Below, piece by piece: positions 21,509-32,177 of a DNA stretch of 64,000 bases. Below the pieces are notes generated by a model that saw nothing but the letters and a program-made list of their open reading frames with translations, did no database searches and was not told where the DNA came from. Position 1 is the stretch's first letter; each line of letters starts with the position of its first letter. The DNA comes from Escherichia coli (GTDB taxonomy: Bacteria > Pseudomonadota > Gammaproteobacteria > Enterobacterales > Enterobacteriaceae). Made by a program: the position numbers and the translations under genes. The stretch lies in assembly GCF_046105845.1 (NCBI RefSeq), contig NZ_CP151004.1; one strand, given 5' to 3'.

Positions 21509-21604
21509 ATGAATGTTTCCAGTAGAACTGTAGTACTGATAAATGTCTTTGCTGCTGTTGGTTTGTTTACTCTTATCTCTATGAGATTTGGCTGGTTTAT
21601 TTGA
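21509..21604 (+). CDS. yncL: 31-aa single-TM small protein
   Basis: ATG preceded by strong SD (aaggtgg); translation MNVSSRTVVLINVFAAVGLFTLISMRFGWFI*; followed by a long inverted repeat (cgtactgtcagag...ctctgacagtacg). Confidence 0.65.
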   Translation: MNVSSRTVVLINVFAAVGLFTLISMRFGWFI

Positions 21605-21700
21605 TGTAGTGATTTTGCACGCAGCACGTACTGTCAGAGAAATCAGTGCTCTGACAGTACGCAAGATCTTCTCATACTCTTACGATCTGCAATATTATCC

Positions 21701-23125
21701 TTAATGTTTAACCATGACGTGGCGGACGACGGTGTAATCCTCCAGCCCATAAAGTGACATATCCTTGCCGTAACCAGAAAGTTTCTGCCCACCGTGCGGC
21801 ATTTCACTTACCAGCATGAAATGGGTATTGACCCAGGTACAACCATATTGCAGCCGCGCGCTGACGCGATGCGCCCTGCCCACATCTTTCGTCCATACCG
21901 AGGATGCAAGTCCGTACTGGCTGTCATTTGCCCAGTTTACCACCTGTTCTTCATTGTCGAAGAGCGTAACACTCACTACCGGACCAAATACCTCTTTTTG
22001 CACGATGGCATCGTCCTGTAATGCGCCAGCCAGTAGCGTCGGCGCATAGTAATAGCCATTACCCTTGCGCTTTTCACCGCCAGTGATCACTTTGATGTGC
22101 CCTGTCGCTTTCGCCTCTTCTACTGCCTTGCTGACGCGTTCGAGATGCGCCAGCGAGCTTAAAGGTCCAAGCTCCGTAGACTCGTCATCCGGCGCACCAG
22201 ATTTTAACGTTGCCACCGCAGCACCCAGTTTTTCCACCAGCGTATCGTAAATGCCTTTTTGCGCGTAGATCCGACAAGCCGCAGTACAATCCTGTCCGGC
22301 ATTGTAATAGCCAAATGTACGTACACCTTCGACCACTGCTTCAATATCCGCATCATCAAAAACAATCACTGGCGCTTTGCCACCAAGTTCCATATGAGTA
22401 CGCTTAATGGAGGGCGCGGTATGGCTGATGATATGCTCGCCGGTGGCGATAGAGCCCGTCAGCGACACCATCCGCACTTTGGGATGACCGGTCAGCGGAT
22501 CGCCCACCGTTTTGCCTCTGCCAAACAGTACGTTAATCACGCCTGCCGGGAAGATATCTTTCGCCAGCTCTGCCAACTTCAACGCGGTCAGCGGGGTAAT
22601 TTCTGATGGTTTAAGCACTACACAGTTCCCTGCCGCCAGCGCCGGAGCCAGTTTCCACGCGGCCATCATCAGCGGATAATTCCACGGTGCGATCGAAGCC
22701 ACGACCCCCAACGGATCGCGACGGATCATCGAAGTATGACCTTCAAGATATTCACCTGCCGCCAGACCATTCAGACAGCGCGCCGCACCAGCGAAAAAGC
22801 GAAAAACATCGACAATCGCCGGGATTTCATCATTGAACGCACTATGCAGCGGTTTGCCACAATTACGGGACTCCAGTTCGGCGAAAACCTGACCATTTTC
22901 TTCGATAACATCAGCCAGTTTCAGCAGACATTCCGCACGCACTTTCGGCGTGGTTTGCCCCCATTCGGCAAATGCTGCATCTGCCGCGCGCACAGCAGCA
23001 TCGACCTGCTCTGCGGATGCCTCGGCAATCTCCAGTAAAACGTCCCCCGTTGCCGGATTATAGACAGGCTGTTTTTCCCCTTCGCCGCTAACCAGTTCTC
23101 CGTTAATCAGTAACTTATGTTGCAT
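21701..23125 (-). CDS. patD: gamma-aminobutyraldehyde dehydrogenase (aldehyde dehydrogenase family)
   Basis: 474-aa ORF with ALDH catalytic Cys/Glu motifs; follows ydcSTUV in the same orientation. Confidence 0.9.
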   Translation of the reverse strand: MQHKLLINGELVSGEGEKQPVYNPATGDVLLEIAEASAEQVDAAVRAADAAFAEWGQTTPKVRAECLLKLADVIEENGQVFAELESRNCGKPLHSAFNDEIPAIVDVFRFFAGAARCLNGLAAGEYLEGHTSMIRRDPLGVVASIAPWNYPLMMAAWKLAPALAAGNCVVLKPSEITPLTALKLAELAKDIFPAGVINVLFGRGKTVGDPLTGHPKVRMVSLTGSIATGEHIISHTAPSIKRTHMELGGKAPVIVFDDADIEAVVEGVRTFGYYNAGQDCTAACRIYAQKGIYDTLVEKLGAAVATLKSGAPDDESTELGPLSSLAHLERVSKAVEEAKATGHIKVITGGEKRKGNGYYYAPTLLAGALQDDAIVQKEVFGPVVSVTLFDNEEQVVNWANDSQYGLASSVWTKDVGRAHRVSARLQYGCTWVNTHFMLVSEMPHGGQKLSGYGKDMSLYGLEDYTVVRHVMVKH

Positions 23126-23146
23126 AGCATATTCCTGTATCAGTGG

Positions 23147-23941
23147 TTATTGACCATTGTCGCCTTCGCGGGTTAGCCACCAGGCCCCCAGGATCGGCAA
23201 GGTTGTTACCAACATAACCAGCAGTGCCACCACGTTGGTTACCGGTACATCACGCGGTCGCCCAAGCTGATTGAGCAACCACAACGGTAACGTTCGTTCA
23301 TGACCTGCCGTAAAGGTCGTCACGATGATTTCATCGAACGACAAGGCAAACGCCAGCATTCCTCCTGCCAGTAGCGCCGAACTGAGATTCGGCAACACTA
23401 CGTAGCGGAAGGTTTGCCAGCCATTGGCCCCAAGATCCATTGACGCCTCAACCAGACTCCACGAGGTGCGGCGAAAACGGGCGATGACATTGTTAAACAC
23501 CACCACTACGCAAAAAGTCGCATGACCGACCACGATGGTGAAAAATCCCGGCTCCAGATTGATGGTTTTAAAGGCGGTTAATAACGCCAGACCAGTGACA
23601 ATGCCCGGCAGCGCAATGGGCAGCAGCAGTAACAGCGAAATGGCGTTTTTGCCGAAAAAGTCTCGTCGCCACAGCGCGGCAGCGGCCAGCGTCCCTAACA
23701 CCAGCGCCATTAATGTCGCCAGCGCCGCCACTTTAAGTGACAGTGTCACGGCATCAAGAATATCACTACGCTGTGCTGCCACGCTAAACCAGCGCAGCGT
23801 CAGGCCCTGCGGTGGAAAACTAAACGCCGCATCTTCAGTGTTAAACGCATAGGCGGCGATAATCAGGATGGGAAAATGTAGGAAAACCACGCCGCCCCAG
23901 GCCGCCAGTTTGAGGAAAAACGGTGCGCGTTCAGAGTGCAT
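23147..23941 (-). CDS. ydcV: ABC transporter permease (polyamine-type)
   Basis: 264-aa ORF, 6-TM permease with EAA-like loop; overlaps ydcU. Confidence 0.85.
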   Translation of the reverse strand: MHSERAPFFLKLAAWGGVVFLHFPILIIAAYAFNTEDAAFSFPPQGLTLRWFSVAAQRSDILDAVTLSLKVAALATLMALVLGTLAAAALWRRDFFGKNAISLLLLLPIALPGIVTGLALLTAFKTINLEPGFFTIVVGHATFCVVVVFNNVIARFRRTSWSLVEASMDLGANGWQTFRYVVLPNLSSALLAGGMLAFALSFDEIIVTTFTAGHERTLPLWLLNQLGRPRDVPVTNVVALLVMLVTTLPILGAWWLTREGDNGQ

Positions 23942-24872
23942 CGAACGCTCCCAGACGTTTCACGAACGCCAGGTACAGTGCGATGAGAACAATCGGCACC
24001 AGGGTGAATGCCGCCGCCATCGGCATATTGCCAATCGCTCCCTGCTGGGAATAAACCATATTGCCGATAAAATATCCTGGAGGGCCAACCAGCTGCGGAA
24101 CAATAAAATCGCCCAGTGTGAGTGAAAAGGTAAAGATAGAGCCAGCGGCAATACCAGGGATTGCCAGCGGCAGCACCACATAGCGAAAGGTTTGCCGTGG
24201 ACGCGCGCCAAGATCAGCCGACGCCTGCAACAATGACGGCGGCAAACGCTCAAGCGCCGCCTGCACGGGCAGGATCATGAACGGCAGCCAGATATAGAGA
24301 AACACCAGAAAGCGCCCCAGCCCGGAAGTTGACAGCGTATTGCCGCCCACCGCAGGTAATGTAAGGAACGCAGTCAGCAGTGGTTCCAGCCCAAGATGTT
24401 GTAAAAACCACTGAGCCACGCCATCTTTTGCCAGCAATAACGTCCAGGCATAGGCTTTAACAATGTAGCTCGCCCACATCGGCAACATTACCGCAATATA
24501 AAAAAACGCTTTCATTTTCCCGCTGGTATAGCGCGCCATATACCACGCCATTGGAAAAGCCAGAATGGCGCTGGCGATAGTGACTGCCACAGCCATAGTC
24601 AGCGTGCGGAGAATGATGTCGTAATTCGCCGGATTAAACAGCGCACGGATATTCGCCAGCGTCAGTTCCGGCGTTACCGACATGGTGAAATCGTCAAAGG
24701 TATAAAATCCCTGCCATAACAGTGTCAGCAGCGAGCCGAAATAGACAATGCCAAACCACATTAGCGGGCCAAGCAGCAGTAAAAACAGCCCCAGCCCCGG
24801 ATTACGCCAGAAGAAACCGGACACCTTACCCAGACCTGGACGTGAAGGTGATTGCAATACATTCATCGCCAT
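23931..24872 (-). CDS. ydcU: ABC transporter permease (polyamine-type)
   Basis: 313-aa permease ORF directly downstream of ydcT. Confidence 0.85.
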   Translation of the reverse strand: MAMNVLQSPSRPGLGKVSGFFWRNPGLGLFLLLLGPLMWFGIVYFGSLLTLLWQGFYTFDDFTMSVTPELTLANIRALFNPANYDIILRTLTMAVAVTIASAILAFPMAWYMARYTSGKMKAFFYIAVMLPMWASYIVKAYAWTLLLAKDGVAQWFLQHLGLEPLLTAFLTLPAVGGNTLSTSGLGRFLVFLYIWLPFMILPVQAALERLPPSLLQASADLGARPRQTFRYVVLPLAIPGIAAGSIFTFSLTLGDFIVPQLVGPPGYFIGNMVYSQQGAIGNMPMAAAFTLVPIVLIALYLAFVKRLGAFDAL

Positions 24873-25886
24873 TCACCTCTCCTCAACCAGCGGCACCATC
24901 ACATCACGCGACCAGGAAACCATCACCTGTTGTCCGGGCGTGAGCGTGGCAGGCAGTTCTTCGCCTGTCATATTGGCCTGACTCACCAGCAGTTTTTCAC
25001 CGCCGTTCAGTCTCAGTTCAAAACGAGTTGCCGCTCCCTGATATTGCACTGCCTGGATCGTGCCATTAGCCTGCACTTCGCCGGGGGTGTTGAAGCGGAT
25101 ATGTTCCGGTCGCAGGGCGAAGCTTCCCGTCATGCCACAAAGTTTCTCTGCCATCAGTCCATCAAAAACATTCGATGTACCAACGAACCCGGCAACAAAC
25201 GGCGTGCGCGGGCGCATATAGAGATCGCGCGGGGAATCGACCTGCTCAATGCGTCCATTATTGAAAACCGCAACACGATCAGACATCGATAACGCTTCGC
25301 CCTGATCGTGGGTAACGAAGATAAAAGTGATACCGAGAGACTGTTGCAGCTTTTTCAGTTCCAGTTGCATCTGCTCACGCAATTTGAGATCCAGCGCGCC
25401 GAGCGGTTCATCCAACAGCAATACGCGCGGTTCATTCACCAGTGCTCTGGCAATAGCAACCCGTTGGCGCTGACCACCAGAAAGTTGTGACGGTTTACGT
25501 TGCTGTACAAACCCCAACGCCACTTTCTCCAGCGCCTCTTGCGCCATCGCATGCCGCTGTTTTTTATCCACGCCTTTGACCATCAGCCCGTAGGCGACGT
25601 TGTCAAGAATCGACATATGCGGAAATAGCGCGTAGTCCTGAAAGACGGTATTCACGTCCCGCTCCCACGGTGGCAGATTGCTGGCGGGTTTACCAAAGAT
25701 AGAGATAGCCCCGCCGGAAAGCTGTTCGAATCCGGCAATCAGGCGCAGGCAGGTGGTTTTGCCGGAACCGGACGGCCCCAGCATAGAGAAGAACTCACCA
25801 TCTTTTATCGCAATACTGACGCCATCTACTGCGCGCACGTCACCGTACAACCGCGAGACGTTATCAAACTCCACTGCGTACGTCAT
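24873..25886 (-). CDS. ydcT: ABC transporter ATP-binding protein
   Basis: 337-aa ORF with Walker A (GPSGSGKTT), signature (LSGGQRQRV) and Walker B motifs. Confidence 0.9.
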   Translation of the reverse strand: MTYAVEFDNVSRLYGDVRAVDGVSIAIKDGEFFSMLGPSGSGKTTCLRLIAGFEQLSGGAISIFGKPASNLPPWERDVNTVFQDYALFPHMSILDNVAYGLMVKGVDKKQRHAMAQEALEKVALGFVQQRKPSQLSGGQRQRVAIARALVNEPRVLLLDEPLGALDLKLREQMQLELKKLQQSLGITFIFVTHDQGEALSMSDRVAVFNNGRIEQVDSPRDLYMRPRTPFVAGFVGTSNVFDGLMAEKLCGMTGSFALRPEHIRFNTPGEVQANGTIQAVQYQGAATRFELRLNGGEKLLVSQANMTGEELPATLTPGQQVMVSWSRDVMVPLVEER

Positions 25887-25903
25887 AAAACACCCCAGCG
25901 AAG

Positions 25904-27049
25904 TTAGCGACCGCCCATAATGGCAATGTAATCCTGCGTCCAGCGACTGTAGGGAACAAACTTGCCCCCTTCTGCGATAGGCGTTTTCCAGAAGGCGATT
26001 TTATCGAAATAGTTAAAACCGTTGGTTTCACAACCTTTTTCGCCTAATAACGGACTGGCTTTACACCCTTCCGGCACTACCGGTAACGAGCCAAACCAGG
26101 CCGCCACATCGCCCTGCACTTTTGGCGTTAATGACCAGTTCATCCATTTGTAGGCGCAAACCGGATGTTTCGCTTCACTATGTAGCATGGTGGTGTCAGC
26201 CCAACCGGTAACGCCCTCTTTCGGGAATACGGTCGCGACAGGCTGGCCTTCGGCTTTCAGGGCGTTGGCCTGATAGGGCCATGCACTGGAAGCAACCACA
26301 CCCTCGTTTTTGAAATCGCTCATTTGTACGGTAGTGTCATGCCAGTAGCGATGGATCAAACTATGTTGATCGCGCAGCACTTTCAGCACCGCCTGGTACT
26401 GTTCTTCGGTGAGTTGATACGGATCGCTGATGCCCAACTGCGGCTGAGTGGCTTTAACGAACAACGCAGCGTCCGCAATGTAGATAGGGCCATCATAAGC
26501 CTGAACGCGGCCTTTATTGCTCTTGCCGTCCGGCAGATTCTGCTCAACAAAAACCACTTGCCAGCTATCCGGCGGCGTCGGGAAGGTTTTAGTGTTGTAC
26601 ATCAGCAGGTTCGGCCCCCATTGGTAAGGTGTGCCGTAAACTTTGCCGCCAACGTTAAACCAGTCGCCTTTAACCACGCGCGGATCGAGCGCTTTCCAGT
26701 TGGGAATCAAGGCGGTATTAATCGGCTGCACGCGTTTGCCCATAATCAAACGCAGCGAGGCATCGCCAGATGCCGTAACCAGATCGTAACCCCCTTTGGT
26801 CATCAGACTGACCATTTCATCGGATGTCGCGGCGGTTTTCACATTCACCGCGCAGCCTGTCTCTTTTTCGAATTGCGTTACCCAGTCGTATTGTTTATCA
26901 GTTTGTCCGCGTTCGATGTATCCCGGCCAGGCGATAATATCCAGTCTCCCTTCCGGTTTATCTAAATTGGTAGGTGGTTCGGCGGCGTGAGCGGTCATTA
27001 TTGTCATGCTGAGCGCACACAGGCTGCTGCGGGCAAATGTCTTGCTCAT
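25904..27049 (-). CDS. ydcS: periplasmic substrate-binding protein of ABC transporter (PotD/PotF-like)
   Basis: 381-aa ORF with signal peptide; polyamine-binding-protein fold. Confidence 0.85.
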   Translation of the reverse strand: MSKTFARSSLCALSMTIMTAHAAEPPTNLDKPEGRLDIIAWPGYIERGQTDKQYDWVTQFEKETGCAVNVKTAATSDEMVSLMTKGGYDLVTASGDASLRLIMGKRVQPINTALIPNWKALDPRVVKGDWFNVGGKVYGTPYQWGPNLLMYNTKTFPTPPDSWQVVFVEQNLPDGKSNKGRVQAYDGPIYIADAALFVKATQPQLGISDPYQLTEEQYQAVLKVLRDQHSLIHRYWHDTTVQMSDFKNEGVVASSAWPYQANALKAEGQPVATVFPKEGVTGWADTTMLHSEAKHPVCAYKWMNWSLTPKVQGDVAAWFGSLPVVPEGCKASPLLGEKGCETNGFNYFDKIAFWKTPIAEGGKFVPYSRWTQDYIAIMGGR

Positions 27050-27293
27050 AAGGTCTTACTCCTGTCGTAATTAATTGTTCAGCCGCCGTGCCGTAAAAAT
27101 ATCTCCTTGTTTAACCATAGACGGCGGCTTGCAGGCACACCTTCGCCCCTGAGAAAATTTAATCAGGTTGTGAGCTACCGCGCATTATGCCGTCTGTAAG
27201 ATTATCTTCTGGAGTATAGACAAGGAGTTAGGAAATATGACTGCTATTCGAAATTCATATTACTTAACCTGAGAGGAATTAAATTAAACGCTA

Positions 27294-28700
27294 TTACAGT
27301 CGTTCTTGAATAAGTTTGCCTAATTGTTTAACCGCCTGTTCTTCGCGCTCGCCCCACTGCCACGCGGTATTAAAACGGAAAAAACGTGACCAGTTTTCAC
27401 CGGTAGAAAACATTTTACCCGGCGCAATACTGATATGATGCGTCAGTGCCGCCAGGCTTAATTCGCCCGCATCTAACGGCGCGGGGAGCTCCAGCCAGAG
27501 AAAATAACCGCTGTCATTATGATGAATTTTCACTTCCGCAGGCAGATAACGCAGCAGTGCCTGCCAGGCACGTTGTTTACGCTCCGCAAGCTGGCGACGC
27601 AAGCGACGAAGATGGGCGTCGTATCGGCGCGTGGAAAGGTAATCCACCAGTGCAAGCTGCATCGGTGAGCTGGTGGAAAGCGTACTCATCAACTGCAAGC
27701 GTTGAATTTTACGTGCATGTTTTCCGGCGGCGATCCAACCAATACGAAAACCAGGCACCAGACATTTCGAAAACGAAGAGCAATGCAAAACGCCATCGTG
27801 GCGATCCCACGCTTTCGCAGGCAGCGGTTTTTCCCGTCCAAAATAAAGTTCGCTGTACACGTCATCTTCAATCAGCGTTACGTTGTACTGATTGAGCAAC
27901 GCTACCAGCCTCGCTTTTTTTTGCGGCGTTAAGGTAAATCCGAGTGGATTCTGGCTATTAGTCATCAGCCAGCACGCTTTCACCGGATACTCCTGCAACG
28001 CCAGTTCCAGCGCCTTGAGATCAATCCCTTCGTTAACATCCGTCGCCACCGATAACGCCTTCAGCCGTAACCGCTCCAGCGCCTGCAACGCGCCGTAGAA
28101 ACAAGGATTCTCTACTATCACCCAATCGCCCGGTTCAGTGACCGCTTGCAAACTGAGGTTTAATGCCTCTAACGCCCCGGCGGTAATGACAATTTCATCA
28201 GGAGAAATAGTGATGCCCTGTAAGGCATAGCGACGAGCAATAGCCTGACGCAGTTCTGCGTTTCCTGGCGGTAAGTTTTCAATCACGCTCATCGCCGTGG
28301 CGGTTTTGCTTACCTGCGCCAGCGAGCGGTTGAGTTGTTGGAGGGGGAAAAGTCGCGGGTCGGGAAAGGCCGAGGCAAACGGAACGACCGACGGATCGCG
28401 ACTGGCCTGCAACATATCAAAAATATAGGTGTTGATATCGACTGCTTCATCTCGAGTGACTGGAATGACTGGCGCTTTCGGCATTTTTATTGCCTGTGGC
28501 GCAACGTAATAACCCGACTGCGGTCGCGCGATAATATATCCCTGACTTTCGAGCAACTGATAGGCATGGCTGACAGTCATAAAGCTCATGCCAGAAAGCG
28601 CCACCTGGTCACGCAACGAAGGCAAACGATCTCCGGGTTGCCAGATACCCGACGCAATCTGCTCGCGTAATTGTTCTGCAAGCTGCTGGTATTTTTTCAT
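27294..28700 (-). CDS. ydcR: MocR-type regulator (GntR HTH fused to aminotransferase-like PLP domain)
   Basis: 468-aa ORF; N-terminal wHTH plus class-I aminotransferase-like domain. Confidence 0.85.
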   Translation of the reverse strand: MKKYQQLAEQLREQIASGIWQPGDRLPSLRDQVALSGMSFMTVSHAYQLLESQGYIIARPQSGYYVAPQAIKMPKAPVIPVTRDEAVDINTYIFDMLQASRDPSVVPFASAFPDPRLFPLQQLNRSLAQVSKTATAMSVIENLPPGNAELRQAIARRYALQGITISPDEIVITAGALEALNLSLQAVTEPGDWVIVENPCFYGALQALERLRLKALSVATDVNEGIDLKALELALQEYPVKACWLMTNSQNPLGFTLTPQKKARLVALLNQYNVTLIEDDVYSELYFGREKPLPAKAWDRHDGVLHCSSFSKCLVPGFRIGWIAAGKHARKIQRLQLMSTLSTSSPMQLALVDYLSTRRYDAHLRRLRRQLAERKQRAWQALLRYLPAEVKIHHNDSGYFLWLELPAPLDAGELSLAALTHHISIAPGKMFSTGENWSRFFRFNTAWQWGEREEQAVKQLGKLIQERL

Positions 28701-28778
28701 TATCGAATCGTAATTATGTGCAGATGATTCGGCAGTCTATATCAGTTGTTAAAAATGACAACTTTTCGTTAACTGTAA

Positions 28779-29019
<241 letters not shown>

Positions 29020-29193
29020 TATCTCCGTGTGTAATGTGCTCGAAAATAGCACTTAATCGCCGCAACGGCAGAATGCAATGCAAAATCAGGAAGGAAGATT
29101 CCAGAATTTCTTTGCGCTAATTTGCAAAACTGAATAATAACCTAAAGAAACTATCGGCATCATAGCGGTAAAAGGTAAGAAAAAGGTGGCAGG

Positions 29194-29424
29194 ATGTTTA
29201 CGAAGGCGTTATCGGTTGTCTTATTAACGTGTGCGCTGTTCTCAGGACAACTCATGGCAGGGCACAAAGGACATGAATTTATGTGGGTAAAGAATGTGGA
29301 TCATCAGCTACGTCATGAAGCGGACAGCGATGAATTGCGTGCCGTGGCGGAAGAGTCGGCGGAAGGTTTGCGCGAGCATTTTTACTGGCAAAAATCGCGC
29401 AAACCAGAAGCGGGACAGCGTTGA
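29194..29424 (+). CDS. yncJ: small secreted protein, DUF2554
   Basis: 76-aa ORF with signal peptide (MFTKALSVVLLTCALFSGQLMA). Confidence 0.75.
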   Translation: MFTKALSVVLLTCALFSGQLMAGHKGHEFMWVKNVDHQLRHEADSDELRAVAEESAEGLREHFYWQKSRKPEAGQR

Positions 29425-29430
29425 GTCATT

Positions 29431-29465
29431 TGTTGCCGGATGCGGCATGACGCCTTACCCGGCAG
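29431..29465. repeat. REP-like palindromic element
   Basis: ttgccggatgcggcatgacgccttacccggca resembles the REP consensus; intergenic between convergent yncJ and ydcP. Confidence 0.5.
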
Positions 29466-29515
29466 GCAATATCATGCAGATTTGATGAGTTGTGAGTAAC
29501 CAGAAAACTGGCGTT

Positions 29516-31519
29516 TTACCCTTTTCGCTTCGGTAAAGTTTTCAGCAGCTCATCCGGACTTACGGATGCCACTACGCTTCCCGGTAACGGCATTTTCAGT
29601 ATGTGATTTTTGATTTTGCCAATGACGTGCATCTCGCATGGGCGGCAATCAAACTTTAGCGTTAATACTTCATCGCCGTTAACCAGTTGCATTGGCGTCG
29701 CCTTCCAGCTTTTGATATTGCCTTTCGCCTGTTTCGGGCACAGATTGAAGGCAAAGCGCAGACAATGCTTAGTGATCATCACCGGGACTTCGCCCTTCTC
29801 TTCATGTGCCTCATACGCCGCGTCAATCAGCTGCACACCATAGCGATGATAAAATTCACGCGCTTTCTGGTTGTATACGTTCGCGAGGAAACTCAAATGC
29901 GTTTGCGGATAAACCGGCGCAGGATCAGCAACCGGTTTACGGCTGCCGCGCTGGTAACTGGCAAGACGCGCAGCATCTAGCATGTCGGCGGCTTCACGGC
30001 GGAACTGGTTTAACAGACTGTTTGGTACAAACAGCGCACCCGGCAAATTAATTTGCACATCGCGGGCGTAATAGATGGTTTGCCCCAGTTTTGCCAGACC
30101 ATCCTTTAGATTGTTCATTGCTTTTTCGGCGTTATTGGCTTCGTCGAACTGCCCGTCCAGCGTATGCGTGATGCTGACACCCTCTTCACTGGTGAGGGTC
30201 AGAATCAGTTGTTCCTGCCAGCCGCCCAGTTCAATGTCTACCGCCACCCGACGTTCGCTGGAGGTTTTTGTCAGTGCCTGCTGCCAGTTATGATCAAGAT
30301 TACGGTTTAGTGGGTGATGCGGGCGAATTTTGTGCAACTCTGCTGGCATTTCATTGGGCCAGACGCGGTACTGATTTTCTCCGGTTTTCTCGACCGTATT
30401 GGCACGAAAGCCGACGACTTCACGTTTAATCATCACGTTCAGGCCATCGCCATTTGCTAACGGCTCGGTGACGGCAACATCGAGATGATCCTTCGCCACT
30501 TTTAATACTTCACCGACCGGGAGGCCGATAAACTTGGGGGAGTCGAACGCGCCGATATCCCCTTTACGGGCATTCACAAAATAATCTGTGCTACCACGGT
30601 GGAAAGTCTTTTCCGTCGATGGAACAAAGAAATGTTCAGTACGACCTGATGAAGCACGCGTCAGATCGCCACGTTCTTCAATAATGGCATCCAGCATCTG
30701 GCGATAATGGGCGGTGATATTCTTCACGTAGCTCATATCTTTGTAACGCCCTTCAATCTTGAAGGAGCGTACACCAGCATCAATCAGCGCGCCGAGGTTG
30801 GCAGTCTGATCGTTATCTTTCATCGACAGCAGATGTTTTTCATAGGAAACCACCCGCCCCTGATCGTCTTTCAATGTGTATGGCAAACGGCACGCCTGCG
30901 AGCAATCGCCACGGTTGGCGCTACGCCCTGTTTGCGCATGAGAAATGTAGCACTGACCCGAATAGGCCACGCACAGTGCGCCATGAATAAAGAATTCAAT
31001 GGTCGCGTCCGTGGCCTGGTGAATCGCGCGGATCTGCTCAAGATTCAGCTCTCGCGCCAGCACAATCTGCGTGAAGCCAACATCGGAGAGGAACTTCGCT
31101 TTTTCTACTGTACGAATGTCGCACTGCGTACTGGCGTGCAGTTCAATCGGCGGAATATCAAGTTCCAGAATCCCCATATCCTGAACAATCAGCGCATCGA
31201 CGCCGGTCTGGTAGAGGTCAGTAATCAGCCGTTGCGCGGGTTCCAGCTCATCATCATGCAAAATTGTGTTAAGCGTGACGAAAATTTTTGCACCATAACG
31301 ATGGGCAAACGGCACCAGCTCGGCAATATCTTTCAGGCTATTGCTGGCATTATGACGGGCACCAAAACCAGGGCCGCCGATATAAACAGCATCGGCACCG
31401 TGCAAAATAGCTTCGCGGGCAATGGCGGCATCGCGTGCCGGACTTAACAGTTCAAGACGATGAGAAGATACGGTCACTTTCTTATCCAGTAGCTGAAAAA
31501 TGGCGGCTATTTTAGCCAC
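29516..31519 (-). CDS. ydcP: peptidase U32 family protein (collagenase-like)
   Basis: 667-aa ORF with U32 peptidase features; exact start uncertain (possibly an internal start about 14 codons in). Confidence 0.85.
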   Translation of the reverse strand: MAKIAAIFQLLDKKVTVSSHRLELLSPARDAAIAREAILHGADAVYIGGPGFGARHNASNSLKDIAELVPFAHRYGAKIFVTLNTILHDDELEPAQRLITDLYQTGVDALIVQDMGILELDIPPIELHASTQCDIRTVEKAKFLSDVGFTQIVLARELNLEQIRAIHQATDATIEFFIHGALCVAYSGQCYISHAQTGRSANRGDCSQACRLPYTLKDDQGRVVSYEKHLLSMKDNDQTANLGALIDAGVRSFKIEGRYKDMSYVKNITAHYRQMLDAIIEERGDLTRASSGRTEHFFVPSTEKTFHRGSTDYFVNARKGDIGAFDSPKFIGLPVGEVLKVAKDHLDVAVTEPLANGDGLNVMIKREVVGFRANTVEKTGENQYRVWPNEMPAELHKIRPHHPLNRNLDHNWQQALTKTSSERRVAVDIELGGWQEQLILTLTSEEGVSITHTLDGQFDEANNAEKAMNNLKDGLAKLGQTIYYARDVQINLPGALFVPNSLLNQFRREAADMLDAARLASYQRGSRKPVADPAPVYPQTHLSFLANVYNQKAREFYHRYGVQLIDAAYEAHEEKGEVPVMITKHCLRFAFNLCPKQAKGNIKSWKATPMQLVNGDEVLTLKFDCRPCEMHVIGKIKNHILKMPLPGSVVASVSPDELLKTLPKRKG

Positions 31520-31549
31520 AAGCGCGACGTTGCGAAATAGTTTTCCCGC

Positions 31550-32086
31550 TTAACTGCGCGGGTAATGGATGAGGGAATGAAAATGTACGATTTGCTCCCC
31601 ACCATTACGATAGACATGCGTGACGTCTGCAGCAAATCGAGCGCCTTCCCCACAATTAAGGCTCTGCCATTCACCATCAACGCACAGATCAAGTTGCCCA
31701 TCAATGACGACAACATGTTCGATTACTCCCTTCTCATGGGGCGTCGATTCACTTATTGCACCAGGTGCCATCTGAATCGAGAAGTGTTCAAAGCAGAGTT
31801 GTGGATCATAAGGAAACAGCGAAGTGATCACCATCGCCTGCTGTTGCGGATCATAAACTGAAGGCGTAGCGGACTGCGGCGGAGAAATAAATGTCGAAAA
31901 TGGCACATTCAACCCGGTGGCAATTTTCCATAATGTCGCGACCGTCGGGCTGGACTCATTACGCTCAATCTGCCCTAACATCGCTTTAGAAACGCCCGTC
32001 GCTTCTGCCAGTCGCGAAAGACTCCAGCCGCGCTGCTGACGTAGTTGTTTAAGTGTGGTGGATAAAAAGCGAGTGAGATTTTCCAT
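31550..32086 (-). CDS. ydcN: XRE-family HTH regulator with C-terminal cupin domain
   Basis: 178-aa ORF; N-terminal HTH (LSRLAEATGVSKAMLGQIERNESSPTVATLWKIA) plus cupin fold. Confidence 0.85.
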   Translation of the reverse strand: MENLTRFLSTTLKQLRQQRGWSLSRLAEATGVSKAMLGQIERNESSPTVATLWKIATGLNVPFSTFISPPQSATPSVYDPQQQAMVITSLFPYDPQLCFEHFSIQMAPGAISESTPHEKGVIEHVVVIDGQLDLCVDGEWQSLNCGEGARFAADVTHVYRNGGEQIVHFHSLIHYPRS

Positions 32087-32177
32087 GTGACTCCTCCGGC
32101 AAAGCGGAAGTTTATCACTTGTGCGTTATAACGGACAAATGCTACGGTGCCTGTACGCTATAACGCACGAGGTGACC

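Noticed and set aside
26324-26965. 213-aa plus-strand ORF inside ydcS
   Set aside because: Antisense to a well-supported periplasmic binding-protein gene; no independent signals.
29516-31519. N-terminal extensions of several track ORFs (for example narZ from 499, yncD from 15478, curA to 19769, tehA to 36046, ydcP first 14 codons)
   Set aside because: The track reports the longest ORF. Internal starts that give the family-typical N-terminus, signal peptide or SD were preferred; for ydcP the start stays ambiguous.
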